Origin: an uncultured Gammaproteobacteria bacterium
Lineage (GTDB): Bacteria > Patescibacteriota > Patescibacteriia > VMEV01 > CAYQCH01
DNA length: 64,000 nt
Assembly: GCA_964415935.1 (NCBI GenBank)
Contig: CAYQCH010000001.1
Coordinates: 1,144-65,143, forward strand
Reading direction: 5' to 3'
Each line of letters opens with the position of its first letter. Positions within the stretch are counted from its first letter, which is position 1. The translations under genes and the position numbers were made by a program. Below the pieces are notes generated by a model. It saw nothing but the letters and a program-made list of their open reading frames with translations. It was not told where the DNA came from and did not search any database. Below are positions 50,620 to 61,005 of this stretch, one piece after another.

Positions 50620-52434
50620 CTAATTGATTTGAGCTAATTGTTGGGAAAGCACGGAAAAATCCCGGGATAACTGCTGGAGACGGGCCATGTCCTGCGCCCG
50701 TTCCGCATCCCGGATGTCCGCCTGGAGGTTGCGCAGCTGGTCTTCCAGCCGCTTTCGTTTCAGAAACGAGAGGCGCGCGCCCAAAACCTGCGTCGCTTCA
50801 GGTCCGGTCAGCTCGGCGAATTCCTTGTCGCCGTACAGCTGCAAGCGCGAAAAAAAAGTTTGCAAATCATGTGCGAGCCTTTTCGAAAAGGCTTCAGTAA
50901 ACAGGGGGTTCTCCCCTGCTGATATGGCCATATCATAAAATGATTTCATCTCTTTGTAAAGGGCCCGCTCTTCCGACCCGGGCAATATCAAAGAATCTTC
51001 CAATGCGTACCCGTCCAAAAACCCCGGATGCATGGCATATAAGGCCAAAATATCCTGGCTGGCCGATTGCTCCGGCGAAGGCGCGGCGGCCGGTTTTTGC
51101 GGCTCGAGCATGGCCTTGGCGCCGGGCTGCGGCTGGCTGCGCGGCCGCGCGGCCTGGACGGGCTGCTGGCGAAGCACCTGGTACAACGCTTCGTGGCTGG
51201 TCTGGAGTTCATCTCCCAGCAGCCGGACGTAATGTTCCACTTCCACGGGATTGGTGAAATGTTTAAGCATCGATAATACGTCCTGAGCAATCTGTTTCTT
51301 CCCGTCTGGTAGTCGCGGATCATAGGTTGCCAGGCTGCGCGACAAAATAACATCCATCACCGGCCGCGCCGAGGCAATGGCCTGCTCCCACAACACAGGA
51401 TCTTTCTGTATGCATTCATCCGGGTCTTTGCCGTACGGCAGCGTCAGCGCCTTGACGCTCATGCCAGCGCGCAGAGCCAGCTCCATACCCCGCCGCGCCG
51501 CCATGAACCCGGCCGCGTCGGCGTCAAAAGAAAAAATCAACGTATTTGTAAATCGCTTCAGCAAGGCGATTTGCGCTTCCGTAAAAGCCGTGCCCGACAC
51601 GGCGACCACCTGCTTGGCGCCTGCCTGATGCGAACTTATGGCGTCCATGTTTCCTTCCACAACCACGACATGGCCGGCAGCTTTTATGGCTTGCTTCGCC
51701 TGATCCAGCGCGAACACAACCCGACTTTTGTCGTATAGTTCGGTTTGCGGCGTATTGATGTATTTGCCCCCCTCAAACTCCTTGGCGATGGCGCGCGCCG
51801 TAAATCCGACGACGCGGCCGTTTACGTCGCATAATGGAATCATCAGCCGTCCGCGGAACCGGTCGTAATATGAACGGCGCTCCTGGTTGTACACCATGAC
51901 GCCGGCCGCAACCATATCTTCATTGGAAAAACCGCGGGAAGACAAAAACTTCTGCAAAACGTCCCAGGCATCGGGCGCGAATCCGATGTTGAAGGTGGAC
52001 AACGTCTCCGGACGTAGGCCGCGGGAGGTGGTATACGCGCGCGCCCCCGCCGCCTGCGGATGTGATGTCAAAATCTTGTGATAAAACGCGCGCGTTGTCT
52101 CCAGCACCTCCCGCAACGCGTCCTTTTTTTGCACCTCCTGGGGAGAAACGCGTTTTTCGATCTTCACGCCCGCGCGTTCTCCAAGAAGTTTTAAGGTTTC
52201 GTAAAAATTCAACCCCTCTATTTTTTGGACAAATGAAAAAATATCGCCGCCCTCATGGCAGCCGAAACAATGCCAGATTTGCTTGCCCTGGCTGACCATG
52301 AATGACGGCGATTTTTCCTGGTGGAACGGACAGTTGCCTTTATGGTTGGCGCCCGCGCGCTTGAGCGGAACGTATTGCTGCACCGTCTCGACAATGTCCA
52401 GCCGCTGTTTGATTTCCTCCACTTCGCGTGACAT
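50620..52434 (-). CDS. dnaG: DNA primase
   Basis: Zinc ribbon (CPFHQEKSPSF...CFGCHEGGD), TOPRIM (EGNMDAIS) and a C-terminal helicase-interaction domain. Confidence 0.92.
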   Translation of the reverse strand: MSREVEEIKQRLDIVETVQQYVPLKRAGANHKGNCPFHQEKSPSFMVSQGKQIWHCFGCHEGGDIFSFVQKIEGLNFYETLKLLGERAGVKIEKRVSPQEVQKKDALREVLETTRAFYHKILTSHPQAAGARAYTTSRGLRPETLSTFNIGFAPDAWDVLQKFLSSRGFSNEDMVAAGVMVYNQERRSYYDRFRGRLMIPLCDVNGRVVGFTARAIAKEFEGGKYINTPQTELYDKSRVVFALDQAKQAIKAAGHVVVVEGNMDAISSHQAGAKQVVAVSGTAFTEAQIALLKRFTNTLIFSFDADAAGFMAARRGMELALRAGMSVKALTLPYGKDPDECIQKDPVLWEQAIASARPVMDVILSRSLATYDPRLPDGKKQIAQDVLSMLKHFTNPVEVEHYVRLLGDELQTSHEALYQVLRQQPVQAARPRSQPQPGAKAMLEPQKPAAAPSPEQSASQDILALYAMHPGFLDGYALEDSLILPGSEERALYKEMKSFYDMAISAGENPLFTEAFSKRLAHDLQTFFSRLQLYGDKEFAELTGPEATQVLGARLSFLKRKRLEDQLRNLQADIRDAERAQDMARLQQLSRDFSVLSQQLAQIN

Positions 52435-52477
52435 AGCGCCCCAAGGTTACCCTGCGGGGACCAAAAAGACAACCGCG

Positions 52478-53455
52478 CTATTTATTTGTTTCTTCGGCTG
52501 CTGCGGCTTTTTCTTCTTCCGTCAGCGTGAACTTTGTCCTCATGGCCCCGTAATCGCTCAGGGCATCGTCAATATTTTGCGTAGGGACGTTATACCCGAT
52601 GCCATCCGAGCCGCGAACAACCAAATAGGTTTCTCCGCCGTTGGCATATATGTTCCAGGTTTCCTTGCGCTCAAACGTATCTACCGTTCCTACTTCAATG
52701 ACCACGGTGGCAAAGGTGCTGCGATTGCTGCGGGCATTTTCCACATCCTCTTTGGACGGAAAATCAGAAGCCCCGAGCTGCGCGAAAGAGCGCAACCAGT
52801 CTGTGACCTTATCCGTATCAACCACCTGTGCGGCGATGCGGTTTGTGCCAAGGGTCCAACCGGACGTGGTATTCACCAAATCCCAATTGATCTGATTCTC
52901 GTTATATGTGACACGACGAACCTGGTCAGCAGTAAACGAGGCCAGTGCGCGATCGCGCCAGAAGCTGGGATCTTCATTCAACGCATAGCGGGGAAACCCA
53001 TTCATGACATAGACATCATCCTGGTCAGGCAACCGGACGTACACGGCATCGCCGCCGGCGGTCTTGCCGACAATCATCTCGGCTTTCACCTGGTCGCTTT
53101 CCAGCATGGTCAGTCGCACGCCTTTGCCGTCAACCTCAAAACGCTCATGATATTGTTTGTTTCCGGATACCCGCGACGTAACCGAGGCAGTCCTCAGCGA
53201 GGCGATAAGATCCTCGATTTTTTGCGCGTTTGCCGGAGCATCATCAATACGCCACTCCCCATTCGATTCCCGCACGTCAATCTGTTTGCCGTCTCCGAAT
53301 ACCAGCCGCACTTCGTCTATGGACTCGGCGGGCAGCCCTTCAAAACGCAAGGCCGCAGGCGGCTCAAACGATGCCGGGCGCGCGTACCAGCGCAAACCAA
53401 CATAGCCAAGGACAAGAACAACAAACATGACGAGAAGCGTGGACAATCGTTTCAT
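52478..53455 (-). CDS. DUF4340-family protein (accessory to the GldG-type ABC system)
   Basis: N-terminal TM anchor. The two-domain periplasmic architecture is typical of DUF4340 proteins found next to GldG. Confidence 0.6.
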   Translation of the reverse strand: MKRLSTLLVMFVVLVLGYVGLRWYARPASFEPPAALRFEGLPAESIDEVRLVFGDGKQIDVRESNGEWRIDDAPANAQKIEDLIASLRTASVTSRVSGNKQYHERFEVDGKGVRLTMLESDQVKAEMIVGKTAGGDAVYVRLPDQDDVYVMNGFPRYALNEDPSFWRDRALASFTADQVRRVTYNENQINWDLVNTTSGWTLGTNRIAAQVVDTDKVTDWLRSFAQLGASDFPSKEDVENARSNRSTFATVVIEVGTVDTFERKETWNIYANGGETYLVVRGSDGIGYNVPTQNIDDALSDYGAMRTKFTLTEEEKAAAAEETNK

Positions 53456-53464
53456 ACGGGAAGG

Positions 53465-55687
53465 TTAATTGGTGGAATTGATGTACTTGCGGCGGCGATA
53501 CAGCCATACGGCGCCGACGAGACCGACAACAACCGGCGCGCCAACGGTATTCCCCCACTTGACCGCCGTTTGAGCGGATTTGGACGGCCAGATCATGGCG
53601 GCCGGCTGGCTCTGCTTGCTGCGGATGGCCACCAACGCGTCATTCTGGCTAAGCCAGTCAATGGCATTCAAGGCCAGTGAACCGTTTTGCGGGAACTGGG
53701 CCAGCATGGAATCCCCTAAAAATTCGCTGTTCGCGACTACGACCCACCGCCCGGCGGGCTGGCCCTCAGCGGCGGGAACGTTCTCTACAGCAGCGGCCAG
53801 CATGTAGGAAGCCGTTTCCAGGCTGGTAAAGTCCGGCAGACGGTCTGGGCTGAGCTGAAAATTTGAAGTGAAGCGTACCCCCTGCGGCGTGGTTTCGACG
53901 AGCGGATATGCGTCGCCGGGCGCGCTTTCATCCAACATGACGGAGCTGGGCCAGGGTAACATGACCTGCTGGATATTGCCCGCCAGCACATGCCGCCCGG
54001 TATTGGCGCGCACCCAATAGGGGTACGGGTAAAAATAGGTGAATAATCCGGCGCTGAAGTTCACCGTTTCATGCGACCGAATGTCCGCGACCAGGTCCTG
54101 ACGCACTTCAATGCCGGCACCGGCAAGAATATCTTCCAGTCCCGTTTTGACGCCGGCGGCGCTCAGACGGCTGGTATCAACTGTCACCCCGGGAAGCATC
54201 CAGAAAATTTTCCCGCCGCGAGAAACAAAGTTTTTTACTTCCGCAATGGCAGCCTCGGAATACGCCTGGGTCGGGGCGGCAATAACCAAGACGTCAATGC
54301 TTTCATCAATCTGATCGACGGCTTGTCCTTCTTCCGACGCGGACAACCGGACGTCTTCAATGGTGTAGTTCTGCCGCAACTGCTCGGCAAAGGCGGCAAC
54401 TTCTTCCAGCGTCTTTCCTCCAAAATCGGAAACGTACCCCACTTTAGGTTTGGCCGTGCTGCGCAGCGCCAGAATGGCGCGAGACAACCGATACTCCAGG
54501 TCATCGGTGCTTTGCACGAACGGGATGACTTCTTGCTTGTCCAAAAATTCCACCACGATGCCGATGTACCCCTCCTGAACCGTAAACTCATCCTGGCTCA
54601 AGACGTTGAAACGGATGGCGGGGACGCCTTGTTCTCGCGCCTCCATGGCCGCGTCTTCGTCCTGGTCAGGATACTTCACGTTCAACTCGGCGTGGCGCCC
54701 GCCAAACTTCTGGTAATCCCGCAGCAAATCCTGGATGTCGCGCGAGACCAGTTCCATCTGCGTCGGCAACTTTTTTGAACGGTAAAACGTAAAACGGACC
54801 GTATCGTCCAGGTCGGCCAAAATCCGCTTTGTCGCGGCGGACAGGCTGTAAATGTTTTGGGCAGTGGCGTCAAAACGGACCGTAAACGACTGTCCGAACA
54901 AATTTACAACGACGGCAATCGCGATAATAACGACAACCGTGCTTTGCAGCCTCCTCCACAACGGATCTCGCGGCGCAGTCTTTTGTTTAAACAACCAGGC
55001 CACGGACAGGGCGCCAAACACGGCCATCACAGAAAGGAAGTACAACACATCGCGCCCGTCAATCAGTCCTCGCGACAGGCTTTGCACATGGGAAAGCATG
55101 CCCAGCTGCTGGCCGATGATGTTCAGAGGATATGGCAAGGATAACAGCACGGCATCCAGGCTGATCAGATAAAACGCCACCAACGTCCCGATGGCGATAA
55201 CAAACGCCACAACCTGGTTTTTCGACAACGTGGAAGCCCATTGACCGACGGCGACCATGGCGCCGGACAGTAGTATGGCCCCTAAATACTGGGCCGCGAT
55301 GACACCCGTGTCAAAGTCGCCAGCCGCTGACAAGGAAGCCGGGATGCTGACGGTCACGAGCAAAATGGCCGTGATAAACGCCCAGGCCGCCGCGAATTTA
55401 CCGGCGACAATGACCCAGACCGGCGCCGGATAGCTCAGCAGCAAAGAGAGCGTTTGTTCCTTGCGCTCTTCCGCCCAGGAACGCATGGTCAGAGCCGGGA
55501 CGAAAAACAACAACATCCACGGCAATAGGCCGAACATCGAACGCAAACTCATGACCTGCTCGACCGAAGCGGCGCGAAAGAACAAAAAATGGTTGATGAC
55601 TAAAAAGACGATGGCCAGGATATACGCCAGCGGATGGTCGACGTAGGCCTTTATTTCCTTCTTGAATACGGCAAGAAATGCTTTCAT
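53465..55687 (-). CDS. Fused ABC-2 permease (GldF-like) and GldG-like large periplasmic-loop protein
   Basis: The N-terminal ~240 aa carry 6 TM, the ABC-2 permease pattern. A large soluble region follows, bracketed by TM helices (N-terminal VVIIAIAVVVNLF, C-terminal VGAPVVVGLVGAVWLY), typical of GldG. Confidence 0.65.
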   Translation of the reverse strand: MKAFLAVFKKEIKAYVDHPLAYILAIVFLVINHFLFFRAASVEQVMSLRSMFGLLPWMLLFFVPALTMRSWAEERKEQTLSLLLSYPAPVWVIVAGKFAAAWAFITAILLVTVSIPASLSAAGDFDTGVIAAQYLGAILLSGAMVAVGQWASTLSKNQVVAFVIAIGTLVAFYLISLDAVLLSLPYPLNIIGQQLGMLSHVQSLSRGLIDGRDVLYFLSVMAVFGALSVAWLFKQKTAPRDPLWRRLQSTVVVIIAIAVVVNLFGQSFTVRFDATAQNIYSLSAATKRILADLDDTVRFTFYRSKKLPTQMELVSRDIQDLLRDYQKFGGRHAELNVKYPDQDEDAAMEAREQGVPAIRFNVLSQDEFTVQEGYIGIVVEFLDKQEVIPFVQSTDDLEYRLSRAILALRSTAKPKVGYVSDFGGKTLEEVAAFAEQLRQNYTIEDVRLSASEEGQAVDQIDESIDVLVIAAPTQAYSEAAIAEVKNFVSRGGKIFWMLPGVTVDTSRLSAAGVKTGLEDILAGAGIEVRQDLVADIRSHETVNFSAGLFTYFYPYPYWVRANTGRHVLAGNIQQVMLPWPSSVMLDESAPGDAYPLVETTPQGVRFTSNFQLSPDRLPDFTSLETASYMLAAAVENVPAAEGQPAGRWVVVANSEFLGDSMLAQFPQNGSLALNAIDWLSQNDALVAIRSKQSQPAAMIWPSKSAQTAVKWGNTVGAPVVVGLVGAVWLYRRRKYINSTN

Positions 55688-55696
55688 ACGCTGCTC

Positions 55697-56626
55697 TTAC
55701 GATGCGGTTAAGGACCGGAAAATATCCTCAAAACTGACGGATGCCTCGTGCAATTCATACAAAACCCAGCCATGCTCTTTTGCCAGGGCAAAAATCTTGG
55801 GCCTGATGTCGCCACTTTCACCCGACAGCAGCGTGATATTGGTGCGGCCGTCGACCTGTTTTTCTTCAACAATGCGGACGCCCCCCTGCTGTTCGAGCGT
55901 CTGACGGATGCCCTGGCCGATGGCGGAAATTTCAACCTTCTGCCCTTCCTGCCCCTGGCGAAGCACGTCTTGCACCGGGCCTTCGGTAATCAAGCGTCCC
56001 TGGTTGAGGATGATGACTCTGTCGCACATGGCCTGTACTTCAGACAAAACGTGCGTGCTGATAACGACCGTTTTGTCTTTTCCCAGCCGGCTGATGAGCT
56101 CGCGGATGGTCACGCGCTGGTTGGGGTCAAGCCCTTCCGTAGGCTCGTCCAAAATAAGCACCTTTGGGTCATGTAAAATGGCCTGGGCCAGGCCCACGCG
56201 CTGTTTGTAACCTTTAGACAACTCTTCAATCGGCTGGCGCAACTTGTCTGCGATACCCGTTTCCTTCGCCACGCGGTTAATGGCCTCCTTTGCCTCGGCT
56301 TTTTCCATGCCTCGCAAGCCGGCCATGTAGGCCAGGTACTCTTCCACCAGCATGTCGCGGTACAACGGATTGACCTCTGACAGGAACCCGATGGCGGCCT
56401 TGATACCGGCCTCCGTTTCATGGGTCAGCTTTACGCCGTCAAACAACACCTCCCCATCATCCGGCGCCAAAATGCCGGTCATGATGCTCATGGTGGTGGT
56501 CTTGCCGGCGCCGTTAGGTCCCAGCAGGCCTATGATATGGCCTGATTCGACAGTAAACGAGAGTGTGTCGACGGCCTTTTTCTGATGATACGATTTGCTG
56601 ATCCCCTTTACTTCAATGGTATGCAT
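55697..56626 (-). CDS. ABC transporter ATP-binding protein (GldA-like)
   Basis: Walker A GPNGAGKTT, signature LSKGYKQRV, Walker B ILILDEPT. Confidence 0.88.
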   Translation of the reverse strand: MHTIEVKGISKSYHQKKAVDTLSFTVESGHIIGLLGPNGAGKTTTMSIMTGILAPDDGEVLFDGVKLTHETEAGIKAAIGFLSEVNPLYRDMLVEEYLAYMAGLRGMEKAEAKEAINRVAKETGIADKLRQPIEELSKGYKQRVGLAQAILHDPKVLILDEPTEGLDPNQRVTIRELISRLGKDKTVVISTHVLSEVQAMCDRVIILNQGRLITEGPVQDVLRQGQEGQKVEISAIGQGIRQTLEQQGGVRIVEEKQVDGRTNITLLSGESGDIRPKIFALAKEHGWVLYELHEASVSFEDIFRSLTAS

Positions 56627-56720
56627 AACAACGAATTCCATGAATCGTAGAATGGAGTATAGGAAACGGCGCCTGATTTTTCAACTCAGCCCGTGGGGCC
56701 GGGCAATGCCTGCCGCATCA

Positions 56721-57212
56721 TCATTGGACCACGGGGCCGGGGGCAAGACGGAAAAATGTAATGGTAAAGGGAAACCCGGGAATGAGGCGGTAATGAAGCT
56801 TGCCCAGCAGCATGCCCGGCTCGACCTGGACGACTTCGTCCAACGCCGGCCGCAGCCAGAAAGGGTTTCCTTCCAGGTCGTAATCGATCTGGAGTACGTC
56901 TTTTTCGGTATCGCGCAGGCCCTTCCCCACCGAAGTGCGAAATGGATACAGCTGCCTGTCGCCGGTACGCGCGGAGAATATGTTTATGCCCCTGGCCTGC
57001 GCGCGGTCAAACTGTTTGCCTTTCCAACGCCCTTGGACATCCGCTGAACCGGCAAAGAACCCATCAGGCAGCGGAGCCGGCAATGTGCCGGCGGCAAACA
57101 GTTGCTGCTCGTCGCTGCGGCCGGCAAGCCATGTTCCGATAAAACCGCCCAGAAGAGCGGCGGCTGAAATAACACAAAGAATAAGGAAAAAGAGCTTGAG
57201 AATGCGTTTCAT
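56721..57212 (-). CDS. Hypothetical N-terminally anchored protein
   Basis: Signal-anchor LKLFFLILCVISAAALLGGFIGTWLA; no family recognised. Confidence 0.35.
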   Translation of the reverse strand: MKRILKLFFLILCVISAAALLGGFIGTWLAGRSDEQQLFAAGTLPAPLPDGFFAGSADVQGRWKGKQFDRAQARGINIFSARTGDRQLYPFRTSVGKGLRDTEKDVLQIDYDLEGNPFWLRPALDEVVQVEPGMLLGKLHYRLIPGFPFTITFFRLAPGPVVQ

Positions 57213-57245
57213 AACATGCATATCAGGTTCAGATCCCTAGTATAG

Positions 57246-57278
57246 CAAAAGCAGTCCCGCGAAGGGACTGCTTTTGTG
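57246..57278. terminator. Rho-independent terminator after the anti-sigma gene; overlaps the extended -10 of the next promoter
   Basis: Sequence aaaagcagtcccgcgaagggactgcttttgtg; on the minus strand it is followed by TTTTGCTATACT. Confidence 0.65.
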
Positions 57279-57292
57279 CACGTCAAGGGTTT

Positions 57293-58864
57293 TTATTGTT
57301 TTGGCTCGCTGGCCGGCGCTGATGGCGCGGTGGCCGGATCGATGGCCGGGGGAACCGGCGCAATGGATGATGTCTCCTTCAGCATGGCGCCGCCCCCAAT
57401 ACCCAGCGGCATAATCACCTGTTGTTCGTAGGAATCCAGGATTTCTTTGATAACAGGCACAACGATCGAGCGTTGGCCGTAGTAATCCTGCGGCGCATCA
57501 AGAACCGGGAATACCAGCGCTGGTACATAGAGTTCTTCGTTCACTCCGTTCGTGTAATGCAGGAACTGCATCAAGGTATGCGTAGGCGTGCCCAAAGCGA
57601 TTTCCTTGGCATCGGGGGCCTCCTCGGCTCCCCACCAGCCGTACAGGCCGCCCCGCTCAGCAACCTTGATAATGCGGGAGGCATCCTGCTCCGTGGGGTA
57701 CGAAGATGATTCATACCGCTGGACGTTGAGGTTCCAGACGCCAAAGACTTTCTTTTCGCGCTGATGAACTTCGACACGCAGGCCATACAAGTTCCCGCCG
57801 GTATCCCGCACTTCCTGTCCCTGCAGCTGCAGCGGGAACACCACGCCGACGGTATCGGGGATATACACCTGGGATTTATCGACGGCCTGGTCATAGGCAA
57901 GGCGCCATTGGTTGTCCATAACCGGCGCGCCATATGTGGAAGCGTCAATGCCGTGCTGGGCAAGGAAAGACGTGGCGATGGAAATGGCCTCGCTGTCAGG
58001 AATGGCCTCGCCGATGGTCAGCGGCGGCGGGCAGTTGCCGCGGGCGCAAGCCGCGTTCTGCTCGGCAAACCAGGTTTCGTAATTGGGGTTGATGTACACC
58101 GTGCCTTCAAAGAAGTTGATGCCGATGTTGTAGCCGCCGGCGCGGTCTTCATACAAATCGATGGATCGGACCTGCGGATTGGCGAAGCTGCCGATATTCA
58201 CGAGCTCTCCGCCCAAGCCGGAGGCGATGCGCGCAATGTCAGAGCTGTTGAGCCGCTTGATGCGCTTATGCACATCAAGGCTGGCTTCGTCTACGGTCAG
58301 CTCATCGCCGCGATACACGAACTTGTACGGCTGGTACCAGGGCCGATCAATAACCATTTCAGAAGCAATTTTATCCGATGCGGGGCTCGGAGCCGGGAAT
58401 CCCCCGCCGCCGAAACCGCCGCCGCTTTGCGAGCGGCTCGCTTCCGCCAGCACGGCCAATGAACCAAAGGCGTTACTGGTCTGCGGCGTGAATACGGGCG
58501 TATTCGTCAAAGAGGAAATGAGATCAGAAGAAGAAAGACTGCTCAGGTTGCGCGCGGGCGTGGTGGCCAGGTACATGACCGGCAGCATGAATACCAGCGC
58601 GACCAGAGCTCCAGAAAGCCCGTACGTCAGGCGCGCGGAAGTGATGAATGACATAAGCGTTTTGATAGGTGATAAGGATGGACGGTCGGCGGCCAGAAGC
58701 TGGCGGCGCAATCGGCGGGCGAAGGCCTTGTCAAAAGTGTTCGCTGGCTGCTGATCCAGAAGCGACTGGACAATGCGGCGCAATTCGTCCTTGCGTCCGG
58801 CCAGGCTCGGCTCCATGTCGCAGAGCTCTCGCACGATTTGTTCTATGGTGGTAGATGATTTCAT
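57293..58864 (-). CDS. Putative anti-sigma factor: cytoplasmic N-terminus, one TM segment, large extracytoplasmic domain
   Basis: Its start overlaps the ECF sigma stop (58861/58864). Single TM (LTYGLSGALVALVFMLPVMYLA), Gly-rich linker, ~380-aa external domain. Confidence 0.5.
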   Translation of the reverse strand: MKSSTTIEQIVRELCDMEPSLAGRKDELRRIVQSLLDQQPANTFDKAFARRLRRQLLAADRPSLSPIKTLMSFITSARLTYGLSGALVALVFMLPVMYLATTPARNLSSLSSSDLISSLTNTPVFTPQTSNAFGSLAVLAEASRSQSGGGFGGGGFPAPSPASDKIASEMVIDRPWYQPYKFVYRGDELTVDEASLDVHKRIKRLNSSDIARIASGLGGELVNIGSFANPQVRSIDLYEDRAGGYNIGINFFEGTVYINPNYETWFAEQNAACARGNCPPPLTIGEAIPDSEAISIATSFLAQHGIDASTYGAPVMDNQWRLAYDQAVDKSQVYIPDTVGVVFPLQLQGQEVRDTGGNLYGLRVEVHQREKKVFGVWNLNVQRYESSSYPTEQDASRIIKVAERGGLYGWWGAEEAPDAKEIALGTPTHTLMQFLHYTNGVNEELYVPALVFPVLDAPQDYYGQRSIVVPVIKEILDSYEQQVIMPLGIGGGAMLKETSSIAPVPPAIDPATAPSAPASEPKQ

Positions 58865-59433
58865 AGGCGTGGGAGAAACAAGGAGATAAAGAGGAGCGTC
58901 AGGCTTGGCATGGCCTTCTGTAAGTGCCGGACAGTCCGAGAAAACATGACCTTACATGCGCCCTCGGATTTTCCGATGATGTCCGCAATTTCGCGATACG
59001 ACTTTCCTTGCCATAGGCGCAACAGGACAATTTCGCGCTGTTCGGCGCTGAGATCTGCCAGCAATGGCTGCACTTTTTGCATCATCTGCGCCACATGCGC
59101 GTCGCGCTCAATGTCCGCATCTGAAGCCAGGTCAAACGCATCCTCTATGTTGGAAGTGGGACGCGCGCGGCGATAATGGTCGATGACGGCGTTTCGCGCA
59201 ATGCTATACAACCAGGTGCGGAAAGCAGCGCGCTGCGCATCAAATCGTCCCATGGAGCGCAGGGCTTTCATGAACGTCTGTGACGTCAAATCCTGCGCCG
59301 TCTCCACATGATGCGTTTTGTAATAGATAAAGTTGTAGATGTCCTGGACGTACGCGTCGTAGAGGCGGCCAAACGCCTGTCGGTCGCCTTGTGACGCCGC
59401 GGTAACGTCGTGTTCATTGTTTTGCATGGCCAT
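58861..59433 (-). CDS. ECF-family RNA polymerase sigma factor (sigma-70 regions 2 and 4)
   Basis: Region 2 (FGRLYDAYVQDIYNFIYYKTHHVETAQDLTSQTFMKALRSM) and region 4 HTH (LSAEQREIVLLRLWQGKSYREIADIIGKSEGACKVMFSR). Confidence 0.82.
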   Translation of the reverse strand: MAMQNNEHDVTAASQGDRQAFGRLYDAYVQDIYNFIYYKTHHVETAQDLTSQTFMKALRSMGRFDAQRAAFRTWLYSIARNAVIDHYRRARPTSNIEDAFDLASDADIERDAHVAQMMQKVQPLLADLSAEQREIVLLRLWQGKSYREIADIIGKSEGACKVMFSRTVRHLQKAMPSLTLLFISLFLPRL

Positions 59434-59517
59434 GCGATTGATGAACGTTTTTTCAAGCGTGTGTCGCTTGCACATGAATATACGGAAAGCCGGCCTAAAA
59501 AGTAACAGCCTCGCCCG

Positions 59518-60150
59518 TTACCGCTCCAAAAACACCTCTTTTGCGGCAAATCTCACCTTTTTATAAGCCTTTTTTCCCTGTTTCTCGGCACGACGGTAAC
59601 CCAGGGCAACACAAACAACCGGAATGACGCCATGTCGTTTCAGGCCCAAAATCTTCTCAAATTTTTTGGGGTTAAACCCCTCTATGGGGCAGGCATCAAT
59701 ATTCATGTATGCGGCCGTGGCAAGCAAAAACCCCAGGGCGATATACACCTGACGAGCGTTCCAGTCGGCCCGCTCCCGCGCTGACAGACGCGCCACGTCT
59801 TTGGCAATCATCCGCTTGTATTTCGTATACGAAGATTCTGCCAGGCGTTGGATCTGGGAGGCAACCCGAATGTAGCGATTGACATCTCGAGGCGTAAGAG
59901 ATGTCCTGGCGCACAGCACGAGAAACTCGGAAGCCTCTGTCACCTGCGGCTGATCGTGGGAGTGCTGGCGGAGCTGGGAGCGAACCCCTTTGTCTTTGAC
60001 GCGTACAAACTTCCACGGCTGCAGGTCGTACGCCGAGGGTGTCATGCGCAAACTCTCCAGCAAGACCCGCAGGTCTTTACGGGGAATCCGCCGTTTGGCG
60101 TCAAAATCGTGGGTGGCGGAACGCCACTGCAGCTGTTGTAAAAAATCCAT
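59518..60150 (-). CDS. Nitroreductase-family flavoprotein
   Basis: R..S.R.F and P(S/T)..N.QPW blocks (RSATHDFDAKR, PSAYDLQPWKFV) and C-terminal GF/K motifs. Confidence 0.75.
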   Translation of the reverse strand: MDFLQQLQWRSATHDFDAKRRIPRKDLRVLLESLRMTPSAYDLQPWKFVRVKDKGVRSQLRQHSHDQPQVTEASEFLVLCARTSLTPRDVNRYIRVASQIQRLAESSYTKYKRMIAKDVARLSARERADWNARQVYIALGFLLATAAYMNIDACPIEGFNPKKFEKILGLKRHGVIPVVCVALGYRRAEKQGKKAYKKVRFAAKEVFLER

Positions 60151-60158
60151 GGGGAAGG

Positions 60159-61001
60159 TTATTTACTCGCCGGTTTATATAAGGAAATATCTTCTTCAAC
60201 ACCGACAAAGCCCAGTAGCTTGTCCTGCTCATCCAGAATCGGCGAGACGGTTGCCAACGCGCGATACAGCGTGCCGTCTTTGCGCTTGTTGATGATTTCA
60301 CCGCGAAATGGCTGCAGATTATCTTTTACCTGCTTCCAAAAATCTTTATAAAATGCGGCCGGCATCTGGCGCCCCCATAAGGCCGGGGTTTTTCCCAGCA
60401 CTTCTTTGACGCTGTACTGTGTTACGCGTTCCACGCCCTTGTTGGCAAACATGATTTTTCCCTCCGGATCGGTAACAATGATGTGGTTAAACGCATTCTC
60501 GACCGCCAGGCGGAATGTGCGCAACTCCCTATTGACCTTCTTAAGCAGTTCCGTGGCCGTCACTTGTTCGGTTACGTCGCGCGCAACGGCGAATGTGCCT
60601 ACCACCTTCCCCGCGTCATCTGTGGCGACCTGAACGGAAATATCTGCCCAAATATAATCACCCTTGCTGCGAAGCAACCGGATAAAGGCGCGGGAGTCTT
60701 GCCCATCCGTGATCACTTGCTTGAATGCTTCTTCCGCCTTTACCTTGTCGGCCACATACACAAGGTCGAACACGCCCTGACCAAACAGCGGGCGCTGCTC
60801 ATACCCAAGCAATGGTTTTACTGACGGCGAGATGAATTTAATCTTTCCGGCAATGTCCGTTTGAACAATCAAATCGTGCGTCAGTTCGGCAATACGCCGG
60901 AACATCTGTTCGCTTGAAACCAACTCAGAAAACAAGCTCGAGTCAAGGTCTTTGTATGACATTTCAGCAAACAGTTTTCGACTCGGTTTTTTGGATGGCA
61001 T
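60159..61001 (-). CDS. Tandem PAS-domain protein with no output domain
   Basis: Two PAS folds (…DLIVQTD..GKIKFISPS…; …NHIIVTDPEGKIMFANKGVERVTQYS…). Confidence 0.7.
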   Translation of the reverse strand: MPSKKPSRKLFAEMSYKDLDSSLFSELVSSEQMFRRIAELTHDLIVQTDIAGKIKFISPSVKPLLGYEQRPLFGQGVFDLVYVADKVKAEEAFKQVITDGQDSRAFIRLLRSKGDYIWADISVQVATDDAGKVVGTFAVARDVTEQVTATELLKKVNRELRTFRLAVENAFNHIIVTDPEGKIMFANKGVERVTQYSVKEVLGKTPALWGRQMPAAFYKDFWKQVKDNLQPFRGEIINKRKDGTLYRALATVSPILDEQDKLLGFVGVEEDISLYKPASK

Positions 61002-61005
61002 ATGT

